Source: Hemiscyllium ocellatum (lineage: Eukaryota). Taken from it: a stretch of DNA of 64,000 nucleotides. A program made the translations under genes and the position numbers. This document shows, in pieces, positions 43,001 to 58,000 of this stretch; within the stretch, counting starts at the first letter, position 1; every line of letters begins with the position of its first letter. Location: the NCBI RefSeq assembly GCF_020745735.1, contig NC_083404.1, forward strand, positions 27,900,001-27,964,000, given 5' to 3'. The notes under the pieces were generated by a model, which saw only the letters and a list, made by a program, of their open reading frames with translations, did no database searches and was not told the DNA's origin.

Positions 43001-46000
43001 ATGTCCAGAGACACCAAAATCTCAGTCTTGTAGATAATCAACTAGGGAGCATCATCAACCTGCTAAGTTGATGTATTACAACCTTTTCAGTGAAGACATT
43101 TCTCATCTCAATTATCACACCCCCACACAGCCAGTGTCGTTTATTTGCCAGCCAGCCAATACAACATTTTAGCATCTGCCCTACAAAGTCTGTTCAGAAT
43201 TAATTCAATAACCACTCAAACACTAGAGAATAAAGGCCCTATTTATTCGACATCTCAACAAGGGACAACTCTGACATCCCAGAGAGGAGTCCAGTTAACC
43301 TTCAGAGTAATGCCTCGATTGCCAAGGATAACCTTTCCTAAATATGTAGACCACAGTATCCAGGTGTGATCTTATCAAAAGCCCTGCACAACTGTACAAG
43401 ACTTAATCCTATAGACTGATCTCCTTGCTACAAAGGCCAAGATGCAATTTGTTTTCGTAACTGCTTGATGTAATTGCATCATAGCTTTCTTGGCTTCTGG
43501 TGCTTTTTTTAAAAATAAATATTCACTCAGAGAATATGAGCATCTCTGACGAAGGAAATCCAAGACTCTTTGAACATCAATATTTTTAAGATTTTGAGGG
43601 ACTTAAAATGTTTTGTGAAGAAATATGCAACAATGTCATTTCTTAAATATTTTCAAAATCTGTAATCTGGGCAATTATTTTCAAATACTTCTGTTCAGTC
43701 TTAACAAAACAGCTTACATGATAAATGGATACTTTCAAAACAGAAAGGTGTTAAGTTTTCATATCATAGTATTATACAGCACATACTGCTCAAAACTGCT
43801 TGTAGAACTGAGGTACTCAGTTTAATTCATCCATATCTAAATGTAAGCACCTCCCATCCATCACACGTTGCTGCCCCCATGTGTATGTTTTAAATTATAG
43901 CACTTTTAAAGACAATTTACAACATGTTCTGAAATAGAAATATGTTCTGATGCAAAAACGACCAAAAGTGATAGGACATTTCTTGGCCTTTCTCGGAAGC
44001 TAACCTGCTCTCAGCAAGTGACCAATTCCCACTTAGTGGAAACACTAATATGGACACTACTGTCAACACACTCTGATCCAAGAGTGATAAAAAGAGATGC
44101 CGTTTCATGCTGCACTCCTATGTTATTGCGAATATTTCATTCAACTACATGTTTTTTTAAAAAAAACTTATATCTATCCCAGTTTCAAAATCACGACTGG
44201 TAACATTTTAAGCCTGAAAAAAATATGAACTAAAAACATAACTAAAATGTTATAGAAGAAGGCAATTCTTAACTTTTAATAGGCAAATAGGATGAAGAAA
44301 AAAAAATAAAAACTCAACTTAAGGTTATTGACTAAGCAAAAAGAACACACTATGCTACAATGCAGCAGGCTAATTATTATACACTTCTTAATCACCAGCC
44401 TAGAATTTTAAAATTTAAAACAGACTTGCTTGAACAGGAGCTGAGATAAAAGGTAGGGAGGAGGGACCCTTCCACTGACACCTTCCTTCGACTGACTGAA
44501 CTGGTCATCACCCTGAACAACTTCTCTTTCCAATCCTCCCACTTCCTCCAAACTAAAGGAGTTGCCATGGGCACCCGCAAGGGCCCCAACTATGCCTGTC
44601 TCTTCGTAGGATATGTGGAACAGTCCATCTTCCGCAACTACGCTGGCACCACCCCCCACCTTTTCCTCCGCTACATCGATGACTGTATCGGCGCTGCCTC
44701 GTGCTCCCATGAGGTTGAACAGTTCATCAACTTTACCAACACCTTCCATCCCGACCTCAAATTCATCTGGACTGTCTCAGACTCCTCCCTCCCCTTCCTA
44801 TACCTTTCCATTTCTATCTCGGGCGACCGAATCAACACAGACATCTACTATAAACCGACTGACTCCCACAGCTACCTGGACTACACCTCCTCCCACCCTG
44901 CCCCCTGTAAAAACGCCATCTCATATTCCCAATTCCTTAGTCTCCGCCGCATCTGCTCCCAGGAGGACCAGTTCCAATACCGTACAGCCCAGATGGCCTC
45001 CTTCTTCAAAGACCTCAGATTCCCCCCAGACGTGATCGACAATGCCCTCCACCGCATCTCCTCCACCCTTGAGCCCCACCCCTCCAACCGCCACCAGGAC
45101 AGAACCCCACTGGTTCTCACCTACCACCCCACCAACCTCCGTATACAGCGTATCATCTGCCGTCATTTCCGTCACCTCCAAACGGACCCCACCACCAGGG
45201 ATATATTTCCCTCCCCTCCCTTATCAGCGTTCCGCAAAGATCACTCCCTTCGTGACTCCCTTGTCAGGTCCACACCCCCCACCAACCCAACCTCCACTCC
45301 CGGCACCTTCCCCTGCAACCGCAGGAAATGCAAAACTTGCACCCACACCTCCTCCCTTACCTCTCTCCAAGGCCCCAAGGGATCCTTCCATATCTGCCAC
45401 AAATTCACCTGCAACTCCACACACATCATCTATTGCATCCGCTGCACCCGATGTGGCTTCCTCTATATTTGGGAGACAGGTCGCCTACTTGCGGAATGCT
45501 TCAGGGAACACCTCTGGGATGCCCGGACCAACCAACCCATGGCTCAACACTTTAACTCTCCCTACCACTCCACCAAGGACATGCAGGTCCTTGGACTCCT
45601 CCATCGCCAGAACATCATAACACGACGGTTGGAGGAAGAGCGCCTCATCTTCCACCTGGGAACCCTCCAACCACAAGGAATGAACTCCGATTTCTCCAGT
45701 TCCCTCATTTCCCCATTTCCCCTCCCCCCACCTTGTCTCAGTCGATTCCCTCGAACTCAGCACCGCCCTTCTAACCTGCAATTTTCTTCCTGACCTCTCT
45801 GCCGCCGCCACCCCACTCCGGCCTATCACCCTCACCTTGACCTCCTTCCACCTATCACATCTCCATCGCCCCTCCCCCAAGTCCCTCCTCCCTAGCTTTA
45901 ATCTTAGCCTGCTGGACACACTTTCCTCATTCCTGATGAAGGGCTTTTGCCCGAAACGTCGAATTTCCTGTTCCTTGGATGTTGCCTGACATGCTGCGCT

Positions 46001-49000
46001 TTAACCAGCAACACATTTTCAACTGTGATCTCCAGCATCTGCAGACCTCACTTTTTGCTTGAACAGGACCCTAAAACTGTTCATTCTTTGAACGGCATAA
46101 CATGAATGTTTTCTTTAAAATATAATTATTTAATCCTAGAATTAGAGGGGACTGGAACAGCAATTAGATCATAAATACTTGAAACTAATTATGATTTTCT
46201 TAATATGAAAGGCTATATAAAGCAAGTTCATAAAACAACCTTCTCAAAGTTCCTAGAGGAGATTTCACAATGCTGTACTTTACTGACAATCAAAGATGAC
46301 ATGAAACTTAAGGAAGCCAGTATCATAGAGTAGTACTTCAAACATAATGCATTCCAAGAAAAATCTTGAATTACACAGCAGCATGTTATTGGTATTTTGA
46401 GTTAAAGAAACAGCATGATATGAAGTCAACCAATGTCCTCTTTAGCTTATACAATCAAGACAACAGCAGTTGCCATGAAAACAACCATAACCACTCCTAC
46501 CACTAAACCTACAAACTCTTCAGCAGATAAAGAGAGACATTACAATTCAGTCTCATTTTGCTAGTAACTGAAAATGTGTTTCATACTGCTGTCTGAAAAT
46601 TTTCACCATGTAGATTATTTTTAAGTTAAAAGTTTCAGATTTCTCATGGCTGCAGTAATTGAATTTATCATCGTGTAGCAAATATTCAAAAGTATGACAC
46701 TTTGATCTTATTTTATGGATGTTGACTTTTAATTACACACTTTTAGGAGCTCATGGGGGACACCAAATAGGATTAAGGTGTGGTAGCTTTTAAGTGTTTC
46801 TAATTTCAAAGGCAAATTTATAAAATACTATTTTACTCTGTCAGGCCTGAGCATGGCATAGAAAATTTCTTATCTGATGTTCTCTGTCCAACTCTCTGAA
46901 GTTATCGATACAATCGACCAAGCAGGTCAATTGCCATTGGATTAAAAATCACTGGCCTGGGAAAGTTTAAATATTTTTTCCTGATAATTCATTGCTTGCT
47001 GATTGGATCGATTCAGAAACATTTGCTCAAGCTTAATGGAGATACTTACATTATCAATGTACTTTATGCATTAAATAAAGCAATTTAAACCATTCACACA
47101 AATTCCAAATATAAACACAAAATATTTAGCAGTAAATATAATTTAAAAAGTGATTGCTGTGATTTTAAGTATAAAAAGAGGAATAAAAGTAGAGATCAAA
47201 ACAATCAAACCAAATACAGTTTTGCTCAATTTACCTCATGCATGTAAGGATCAACTAGTATTTCAAAGGGACCGACAGCAAGAGAAATGTTTGGCGCTGC
47301 CGTTGGAATAGTCAGCATGTAATGAAAAGTTTTTTTTCTCATGTCATTGGTATAAACAGATTCCACTAAATCTCCATTGGAAACTGCCACCATAGCAGCA
47401 TCAACTGTGAACTCCAATTTCCAAGTGCAAAGTTCAGAATAAGAGTCAACACAGGGAAACCAAAATCTGCAAATCACAAACAAAGGCATAAGCTGTCAAA
47501 AGTCTTGTAGATCCTCTTCCCTTCAAGTAGTTCAAACACCAAAATTTATTCAACACAGAAGTCACTGCATCAACTTAATGCTCTCCTTTCCTAAACTGCA
47601 GCATTTCTCCAAGGAACCCCAAATTGTGGATTTAACACCTATGTTGTTGGATAACGAGCTCAAAAGGTCTCAACCCTGTAATTCAAGTAATTACACCTCC
47701 TCTTGTTTCAAGTATCTTAAAGTCTACTCTCCCCCTGACAAAAGTGATTTTCAGATCTTAAAATCATATTCTGCAACTATTTGTCATTTTAAATTAAAAA
47801 ATAAGGCAGATTTAATTCAGGTGGTTTAAAATTTTGAAGGGCATTTATAATAATTAAACAAGCATATGTAATATCAGTGATAGAAAGGTCAGGAACCAGA
47901 AGACACAAATTTGATATATTTGCAAGACAAGGTGAAAGCAAGATGAGGAGAATGCATTATGAACTCAAAGAGTGGTGTAAACAAATTAAATTACTTTCAG
48001 AAAGGTGTTGCCTAAATTCTTGAACTGGAAAATTTCAGAGAGATATGATAAAAGTGTAAGGGAATGGGACTAACTTTTCAGCTCTTTTGAAAAGACTGCA
48101 TAGTGCTTTATTAGTCTGTAATTATAGCAATAATTAGACAAGCTTTAAAAATAAAATGCCCTTGCATATAAGATTTCGAACAACTTACTCACCTTGTAGA
48201 GTTTTCATAACCAAAGGAGAAGACATGCGCCCCTCGCTCAGCCATGCTACCTTCCATATTGGGCACAACAAAATGAAGCCCTCCTTTTGGCTGGTCCAAG
48301 GAAAATTCAATATATACCTTCAAAACTTTCATCTCTAATAATACCAAAGATAAAATTATTGACAGTACGTTACTGAACAACTGTAGGTTACAACTTAATT
48401 ATCAGCATAATTATCAAATTTTTTATATAATGGACTAACACAGAATGACAAAAGATTACACCATATGTGGCAAGTGTGTTAAGGCACTTGTCCACCTGAC
48501 TGGTCTTCATATCACAGTTTAGACACTTCATGTAGCATGATAATCTGAATAATACACACCCAGGAACAGACAGAAGTCAATTATTATTTGGACAATTTTC
48601 TACATATATTGCTCTATGATTCCTCTCCTTGAGGAAAAGACCAGACAATTGAGTCAGAAGAACAAAAAAAAGCAATAGCTCACCATTTCTAATAGAAACG
48701 ACCAAGTCAAGAACCTTGCATTTTTTTTTAAGATTAACTGGATATCAGGTTGTATGCATTCCGAATGGCTGCTTTTAAAGTGAGATATCAATTTGCAGTG
48801 AGATATGTAATTGATAAGAACTGCATGCTAAAGATATACTTTGAATGTAATATGAAGTTTCCTATGGCACTGGTCACAGTAGATGAAATAAAAATTATAC
48901 AACTACAGCATCCCTATAATGCAAATAGAGGCCATCTGGCTCACCGAGTCTGCATCAACCAACTGAACAGCATCCTATCCCCATAACCCTGCATTTACCA

Positions 49001-52000
49001 TACTAGGTCCAACTAACCACATATTTCAGAACACTATGGGGCAACTTAACACAGGCAAGCCACTTTAGATCTTCGGACTGTGGGAGGAAATTGGAGCAAT
49101 GTGTAGAAACCCACGCAGGCAAGGGGAGAACATGCAAATTTCACAGTCACTCGGGGTTGGAATTGAACCTGGGTTCTGGGCGCTGTGAGGCTACAGTTCT
49201 AAACCTTGTTACACCGTGCCATTTTACGTGGGAGCAATACATGCTGCTTTATTCTTCGTGAAACTGTGCCCCTTTACTGAAAGATAATTTCAACTACTAG
49301 TGAGCAAGCATGGATTAAACTTAAAGTAAAATGCTTTTCAGCCTTGAAATAAAGAACCTTGGCGAAGTTTTTATTTTATATTTGGCAAGATCAATTAAGT
49401 GTCTGCAACATTCTGATTGATGCTTTGTTTTCACAGCCAATTAATTACTTTTGAAATGCAGCCATGCAGTTATATAGGCAATGTAACAATAATGTGCATG
49501 CAAGGTCCCATAAATTAGATAAATCCTCAGCTCATCTTGGTAATGTTGTTTGTGGGACACATAGCAACCAAGATAACAGCACCACATTTTCTTTCACATG
49601 AACTCAACTTAAGCACTCTATTCCTAAGTTAAAAACATATTCTGAAAGACTGAATTTTCAGTAACATGCTATCAATTATGAAATCAATTATTGGGAGTGG
49701 GTTCAAAGCCAGCAGTGTTTCACTCAAATACATGGATTCTACTACTTGAGCCAAGCTGACACAGAAGCATGCCGCATGGAAGGATGGCATTTTACCAAAC
49801 AAGTCAGTGTCGACACATTGAGAATGCTTTTCACTTCCAAACCCTTGCTCCTTCAGTACAGTACAGTAAAGTTCTCCTTTCTACACCCTCTTTCAAAGCC
49901 ACTATCAAGTCTCATTCTAACATATATTCAAAGAGTGTAGTCCAGATCAAAATAACTGTTGAAATATTTTCCTCCAAATGTACCCCCACTGTACATTTGC
50001 CAATTATTTACATGTTGGAAAAATGCTACAGTATTGGATATGCTGATGCAACACCTTTACTCAAAAAAGAAGGGACAGGAAAAAAGATAACTTATGGGCA
50101 GTTAACTTAACATAGGCTCCAACATTTTCCCAATAGCCAATTATAAAGGTTTTAATAGCACAGTCTTACAATATAATATAGTGAAGCAGGGTCAGCATGG
50201 TTTCATGAAGGGGAAATCATGCCTAGCTAATGTATTAGACTGCTTCAAAGTAACAAACAGGATAGTTAAAGAGGAAGCAATGGATGAAATATATTTGGAT
50301 TTCTAGAAGACTTTTGAGATGCAATAGGCTACTTAATAAGAGACCCTGGGTGTTGAAGATAGCATATTAGCATGGATAGAAGATTGGCAGTTGTGTATTT
50401 GATGTGGTTCATATGGACTTCAGTAAGGCTTTTGACAAGGTCTCACATGGAAGGCTGGTCCAAAAAATAAGGGTGCATGGGATCCAAGGCAAGTTGGCAA
50501 ACTGGATCGCATATAGGAAGGAGAGAGTGATAATGCAGGTTGTTTCATGGTTGGACCAGCAGTGCACCACAGAGATTAGTGCTGGGACCCTTGCTGTTTG
50601 TTACGTACTTTAAATGACTTGTATGTGACATGAACATTGTTGGTGCTATTGTTAGTGAGGAGGATGGTCACTGGCTACAGTCTGATATTGATCAGCTGAT
50701 AAACTGGGCAGAGAAATGGCAGATGGAATTTAATCCTGATAAGTGAGAGGTGATGTATTTTGGAAGGTCTGATGACGAAAGGATTTACACGATGAATGGC
50801 AGGTCCTGAGACTACAGAGGAATTCATGGACCTTTGTGTAGAAGTCCATAGATCTCTGAAGATGTCAGCACAGATTGACAGGGTGGTGAAGTTGATTTGT
50901 CTTAATTAGCCAGGACACAGAATAAAAAGGAATAGGGAGCTGGAGCAGCATCTCTGCTTCCTCCTGTATTATAGAAAATAAAAAGGAATAGCTAAGTCCT
51001 TTGCAATATTATAGAGTATTTGTTAGGCTTAATAAAGTTATGAGTGGCATAAGTAGGGCAGACTGTGAGAATCTTTTCCCCAGATGTGTCTAAAAACCAC
51101 AAGTTTAAGAGGTTTAGAGAAGATTGGAGAAAACAAATTTCACCCGGAGGATGGTAGAAATATGGAAAGTGCGATCAGAGATAGTGGTGGAGGCAAGTAG
51201 TCTTGCAACATTTAAGGAACACTGGATAAGCACTTAAACTAGGGCATAGTTGGCTTTGAGCCAAAACAACACAAATAAGATTAAAATAGTCTGGTGTTTG
51301 TTGGTTGGCATGATGGGCTGAGGGGCCTCTTTCTCTGCTGTATTACTTTACAGGTAATAAAAAGATAGAAAATTGGGATAAGGTTTGTGTGTCTGATGTG
51401 CGAGAGAGATACAGACAGATGGAAATGAGGAAGGTGTATTATAGCCAAGTTGATGGATAACACAAAGTTAAGATGGTTATTCAAGGTGCATCCACTTAAC
51501 ACTAACCAAAAAAAAGGTTCTGTGTATCACATTGGTAAGGTGACTAGTTTCTTTTCTTTTGAGTTTTTCAGTAGTCTCGTTGGGAATTTAGGATAGTGGG
51601 AATGGAGTTCAATGTTCCTCCAGCAAAAAGTGGGCGGTAAGAGTCACCAGTAGTGTCGCTGCTGACTGCATCTGTGGAAAATGCACCCAACTCTTGGTCC
51701 TCGAAAACCACTTCAGGGAGCACAGAGTCTGTCCCTGTTGCTCAAAAGGGAAGGGGGAAGGGGAGCACAGCATTGGTTCCTGTGGACTTTATAGCTGGGG
51801 GGGACAGACAGGAGGTTCTATGGGAACGAAAGACATTCACTGTTGGTGTGCTGCCTCCCAGGGGCCAGGGTTTGTGATGTCTCTGATCGTGTTTTCAGGA
51901 TCTTTGAGGGGAGAAAGAGCAGCCCAAAATCGAAGTCCACACAGGCACCAATGACATAGGTAGGAAGAGAGATGGGAATTTAAGGCAAAAATTCAGGGAG

Positions 52001-55000
52001 CTAGGATGGAAGCTTGGAGATAGAACAAACAATTGTTATCTCTGGTTTGTTGCCAGCGAGAGGGGAGTTGAGCACAGGGCCACAGGAATGGTGCAGGGAG
52101 GATGGGTTTTGCATTCCTGGATATTTGGAGCACTTTCTGGGGTAGGTGGGACCTCAACAAACAGGATGGTTTTCAACTGAACCAGAGGGGTACCAATATC
52201 CTGGGGGAAGATTTGCTAATGCTCTTCGGATGGGTTTAAACTAATTCTGCAGGGAAATGGGAACCGAAATTGTAGTTCAAGTATATGGGAGGTTAAGAGT
52301 AGCGATGTCAGAACAAAGATTTCAAGATCGCAAAAAGGCGCCAGCAAGCAAGAAGTTGGTTTAAAGTGTCTAGAGCATTTAGAATCATGTGGGTGAACTT
52401 GCAGCATGGGTTGGTACCTGGGATTTTGATGTTGTGGCCATTTTGGAGACATGGGTAGAGCAGGGAAAGGAAAGGAATGGTTATTGCTGATTCTAGGATT
52501 TAGATGTTGCAGTAAGAACAGAGAAGATGGTAAAAGAGGAATTGACGTGGCACTGTTAGTTAAGGACAGTTTGCAGAAAGGACGTTTGAGGACTTGTCTA
52601 CTTAGGTAGTATGGGCGGAGATTCGAAACACGAGAGGTTACCCTGTTGGGAGTTTTCTATACACCTCCAAATAGTTCAAGATGTAGAGGATAGGATAGCA
52701 AAGATGATCCTCAATAGGAACGAGAATAACAGGGTAATTATTTTGGGCTCTTTAACTTTCCAATTATTGACCAGGGACACTACAGTTAAGTAGACGGGTC
52801 TGTTTTTGTCCAATGCATGCAGGACAGTTGGAGGGAGGTGAGCACTTCAGTGACAGTGACCACAATTCTGTTATGTTTATTTTAGTGAAGAAAAGAGATA
52901 GGTATGTATCGCAGGCAAGAGTTATATCGGGGGGAAAGGCAATTTGGCAAAATTTAGCATGGGGAAAGAAATTGCAGGGGATAAGCACAATTGAAATGTG
53001 GAGCTTATTCAAGGAACAGCTACTGCGGGTCCTTGATAAGTATGTACGGCTCAACAGGGAGGAAGCTGTCGAGCGCAGGAGTTGTGATTTACGAAGGAAG
53101 TTGAATCTCTTGTCAAGAGGAAGAAGGCTGATTATGTTAGGGTGAGGTGTGATGGCTCAGTTAAGGTGCTTGAGAGTTACAAGTTAGCCAGGATAAATGT
53201 GAGGTGATGCATTTTGGTACAGCAAACCAGGGTAGGACTTATACACTTAATGTTAGGGTCTTCAGGTGTGTCACCAAACAAAGAGACTTAGGGGTGCAGG
53301 TGCATAGTTCCTCAAAAGTGGAGTCACAGGTAGACAGGGTGGTGAAGGCAGCATTTGGCACGCTTCCCTTCATTGGTCATGTTGCGCACATGACTTTGGT
53401 GAAGCCACTTTTCGAATATTGCATACAACCCTGGTTGCCATTCTACAGAGTTTTTTTTTAAAAAACATTCATGAGATGAGGGTGTCACCAGCTCAGCAGC
53501 ATTTATCATCTCTCCTCAATGCCCCAACGGGCAGTTAAGAGTCAACCACATTGCTGTGGACCTGAGTCACATGTAGGTCAGACCAGGTAAGCTTCCCTAA
53601 AGGGCATTAGTGAACTTTTGGGATAGGGTAAACAAGGGTTTTTCAGACACTTGACAATGGATTCATGGTCATCATTAGATTCTTAATTCCAGATTTTTAT
53701 TGAACTCAGGTATGTCAGGATTTGAACATGGGTCCCCAGAACATTACATGCATTAATAGGCCAGTGACAGTACCATAAGGCTATTGCCTACCTCATGTTG
53801 TTAAATTGAGAGGGTTCAGAAAAGATTTGCAAGGATGCTGCCAGAACTGGAAGGTTTGAGTTATAGGGAGAGACTGAATAGACTGGGGCTTTTTTCCTGG
53901 AGTGTCAGAAGCTGAGGGGTGACTTTATAAAAGTTTACAAAATCATAAGGAGCATAGATAGGGTGAATAGCCCAGGGTATTCTGTCTAGGGTGGTGGAAT
54001 GCAAACCTAGAAGTTTGGGTTTAAGATGAGAGAGGAAAGATTTAAAAAGGGATAACATCTTCACACAGAAGGTCGTGCATGTATGGAACAAGGAATCGGA
54101 GAAGGCATCTAGATGGGTATATGATAGGAAGGGTGAAGAGAGGTATGGGCAAAAAGCTTGCAAATGGGTCTAGGTCAAATTGGGATGCCTGCTTGACACG
54201 GACAAGTTGTGCCAAAGGTTCTTTTTCCAACCTGTATGACTCTGTAACTTGGTTATTAGTCCAGAAGTTCATAGATTTAATAACTTTGCCATATTAGAAC
54301 TTGAATTCAATCTGAGTTCTAAGTGATTGCCTGTATCCTGAACACTTTGCTTTGCAGCATGCACTTATAATTACCATCAACGTGTTTCCATAGTTCAGAT
54401 GGGACTTTGATGCACAGCTCTCCATTTCCTGTGTCTGGGTCAACTGCGCTGACTGCTGCCGCATAGGCATTGGAAAAATAATTAAGATTCCGCCTAGAAT
54501 CCAAGGGAAGAAAGAAAATTGATGTATTCCATATTTTAACATACCCAAGAGCTAATTGGTCTACTTCTGCTCCTTCATGATCAAATTTTATTAATCTTAT
54601 TTGCAGCCATTACTAACTAATTTCATTAATAAACTTTGTTGATTTTAGGAAGCAAAGAGAACAGTTTGTATTTTGTGTGTCAGTTGCGTTTACTTATGGC
54701 ATCACAAGATTCCGGGTTCAAACACCATTCCAATTATTTTGCGTACAAAAATCAAGAATGACATTCCAGTACAGTATTAAAGAAGCACTGCACTCTCAGA
54801 GGTGGCATCTTTCCAGCAAGACATTAACCCAAGGTTCATCTGGCTATTTTGAGGGAAGTAAATTATCTGATTGTACTACTTTGAAAAAGAGCAAGGGAGT
54901 CATCCCTTGTATCCTAACCAATATTGATACCTTATTCAACATCACAAAAAATCCTGAAATTATTGCATGGTTATCTGTGGAATTTTGTCAAGTAAAAGTT

Positions 55001-58000
55001 AGCTGCTGTGCCCCCTACGCTCCAACAGTAACTGTACTTTCACAAGTATTTATTGGTAGTACAGCACTAGAAAATATCCAATGTGATAAAAAAATTACAT
55101 GAGCAAAAGTCTTTTTAAATTAATTATTCACAGTACAGACTGTCCTGATGTACGCAATAATTCTGTTCCCATGCAATCCCTCATAAGAAAATCAAGTAAT
55201 AGCAGCACCATTTAAAGCAATGGGACCTTACCCTATACAGAGAAGGAAAATTCACATTCTACAAATAATGGTCTAAATTCGTCAATCGCATTATAGACTA
55301 TTTGTATTGAAGAATGCAAGTTATAGCAGAATGGATTGTATAAAAATTAAGTACACAGATGACAGAAACATATCCTCTGATAATATGACTTGTGGCAAAA
55401 GTATCTAAATTATTTCTTTCAAAAGGAACACTAATATGTAGTTTCCCCATTAAACCTGTGCCTCCATTTTGTTAGCTTATGGTAGATCTGTACCCCAATT
55501 CATATCCCAATATCAAGCTTATCCTTGAAGCTTTTAGTTTATTCAGTACTCGGTGCTACATGGAAGAACTGTCTCTGGAGGAAACAGTTTCTGAATTTCC
55601 ATCAGAGAAAAAGCACACAAGCAGATTTAACTTCTAAATACTTCTAATGGGAGAAATAATTTGTTTTTATCTAGTCAAGCCATTCCTACTAAAACGGACT
55701 TCAAATTAATTCATTAGGGCTAATATACTTCTGCTAAATCTACATGCACCATTTCGTACCCAGGAATCTGTCCAAGAATCTGCAAACTGTAGAATCTTGT
55801 TTCACTATTGAATTACAAGAAATGCCAAGATACAAAAGCAAATACTATATGTGCCTTTTTGTACATAAACACTAGGTTTCACTAACTTGGACATGTGAGT
55901 ATCTACATCCTTGCATTGCATATGTCATAGTAAATACCTGAATTTGTTTTATCAAAACCAAAACTTCCATATATTCTGACATAACAACTGCTCCCTGACA
56001 CAGTAGTGAACAGTTACTGCCTTTGTTGTTTGAATTCATGTATCGCTGGACATTGAAGTGCGTCTGGGAAAATTAACAAACAGTGAAATTCATAACTAAT
56101 CTTGGAGGAACCTGCTTGGGAGAGGTCACAGCACAGAAATAGATCAGTCTATAATTTAAGTGTGGCCTTGCAGTAAGTCTGCAGTAGTGAGTAGAGTGGG
56201 TTCTTTCTTGATTATATGTTTCATTGAGATATGTCTCTTGACTAAACTTAAAAATATTAGCCATAAGTATTAAGTTAGCCTGGAGCAGTGCTTTGTAGAG
56301 GAACAAGACAAGGCTATTTTCTGGGTCTGTAGATTGAAACAAGCAAAAATGGCCTTTAGTAGAATGATATGCTCTTCTTGTTGGATGTGGGAGTTGAGGG
56401 AGAGTTTAAGGGTTAGTGAGGATTACATCTGCAATAAATGCCGTTGGTTGCAAATCCTATCAGATCGAATGGATGGGTTGGAGAGACAGTCAGAGGCTAT
56501 TAAGAATTTACAAGAGCAAAGGGATGTGATGGATGGCAATTATAGGAAGGGTGAAAAGTTGCAGATACAGTCACATAAATGGGTTAACTCCAGGAAAGGT
56601 AACAGACACAGGCAGGTAGTGCAGGAGTCTTCTGTGGCCATCCACATTTCAAACAAGTATGCTGTTTTGGAAAATGTAGGGGGTGATGGATTCTCAGGGG
56701 AATGTAGCATGAACAACCAACTTTGTGGTATCAAGGCTGACTCTATGCATTGAGGGGTACATCGGGTTCCAAGAGGTCATCTGTGTTCGGGGACCCTCCG
56801 AGACACAACAGATGTTTCTTTGGCCAGCAGCAAAAAATTAGAATGGTGTGTTGCCTCGCTTGTGCCAGGATCAAGATGTCTCAGAGAGGGTGCAAATGTT
56901 CTCAAGGGGGAGAGGGACCAGCAGGAAGTCATTATACGCATTGGAACCAACGACATAGGAAGGAAAAAGGATGAGATTCTGAAGGGAGAATACAGAGCGT
57001 TAGATCGGAATTTAAAAAGATCCTCGAGCGTAGTAATAACTGGATTACTCCCAGTACTATGAGTTAGTGAGGGCAGGAATAGGAGGATAGAGCAGATGAA
57101 TGCATGGCTGAGGATTTGGTGTATGGGAGAAGGATTCACATTTTTGGATCATTGGAATCTCTTTTAGGGTAGAAGTGACCTGTACAAGAAGGACGAATTG
57201 CATCTAAATTGGAAGGAGACTAATATACTGGCAGGGAAATTTGCTAGAGCTGCTCGAGAGGTTTTAAATTAGTAAGGTCGGGTTGTGGGACCCATGGAGA
57301 GAGTGAGGAAAGAGTTCAATCTGAGACTGGTACAGTTGAGAACAGAAGCGAGTCAAACAAACAGTCAGGGCAATCAGGGACAAAGCAGAGACAAAGTAGG
57401 ACTGACAAATTAAACTGCATTTATTTCAATGCAAGAGGCATAACAGGGAAGGCAGAAGAACTCAGGGCGTGGTTAGGGACATGGGACTAGAATATCATAG
57501 CAATTACAGAAACGTGGCTCGGGGATGGACAGGACTGGCAGCTTAATATTCCCGGATACAAGTGCTACAGGAGGGACAGAAAGGGAGGCAAGAGAGGAGG
57601 GGAGTAACATTTTTGATAAGGGATAGCATTACAGCTGTACTGAGGGAGGATATTCCCGGAAATACATCCAGGGAAGTTATTTGGGTTGAACTAAGAAATA
57701 AGAAAGGATGATCACCTTATTGGGATCATATTATAGACCCCCTCATCGTCAGCAGGAAATTGAGAAACAAATTTGTAAGATCTCAGTTATCTACAAGAAC
57801 AATAGGGTGGTTATGGTAGGGGATTTTTATTTTCCAAACATAGACTGCGACTGCCATGGTGTTAAGGATTTAGATGGAGAGGAATTTGTTAAGTGTGTAC
57901 AAGAAATTCTTCTGATTCAATATGTGGATGTACCTACTCGAGAAGGTGCAAAACTTGACGTATCCTTGGGAAATAAAGCAAGGCAGATGACTGAGTAATC

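Noticed and set aside
44567-45793. 408-aa ORF as a host or domesticated gene
   Set aside because: 5'-truncated PLE RT/GIY-YIG with TSDs and pLTR; lacks the RT N-terminal half and has YIG changed to YIW.
44392-45919. Many overlapping Pro/Ser/Thr-rich and antisense ORFs
   Set aside because: Alternative frames of the C-rich PLE.
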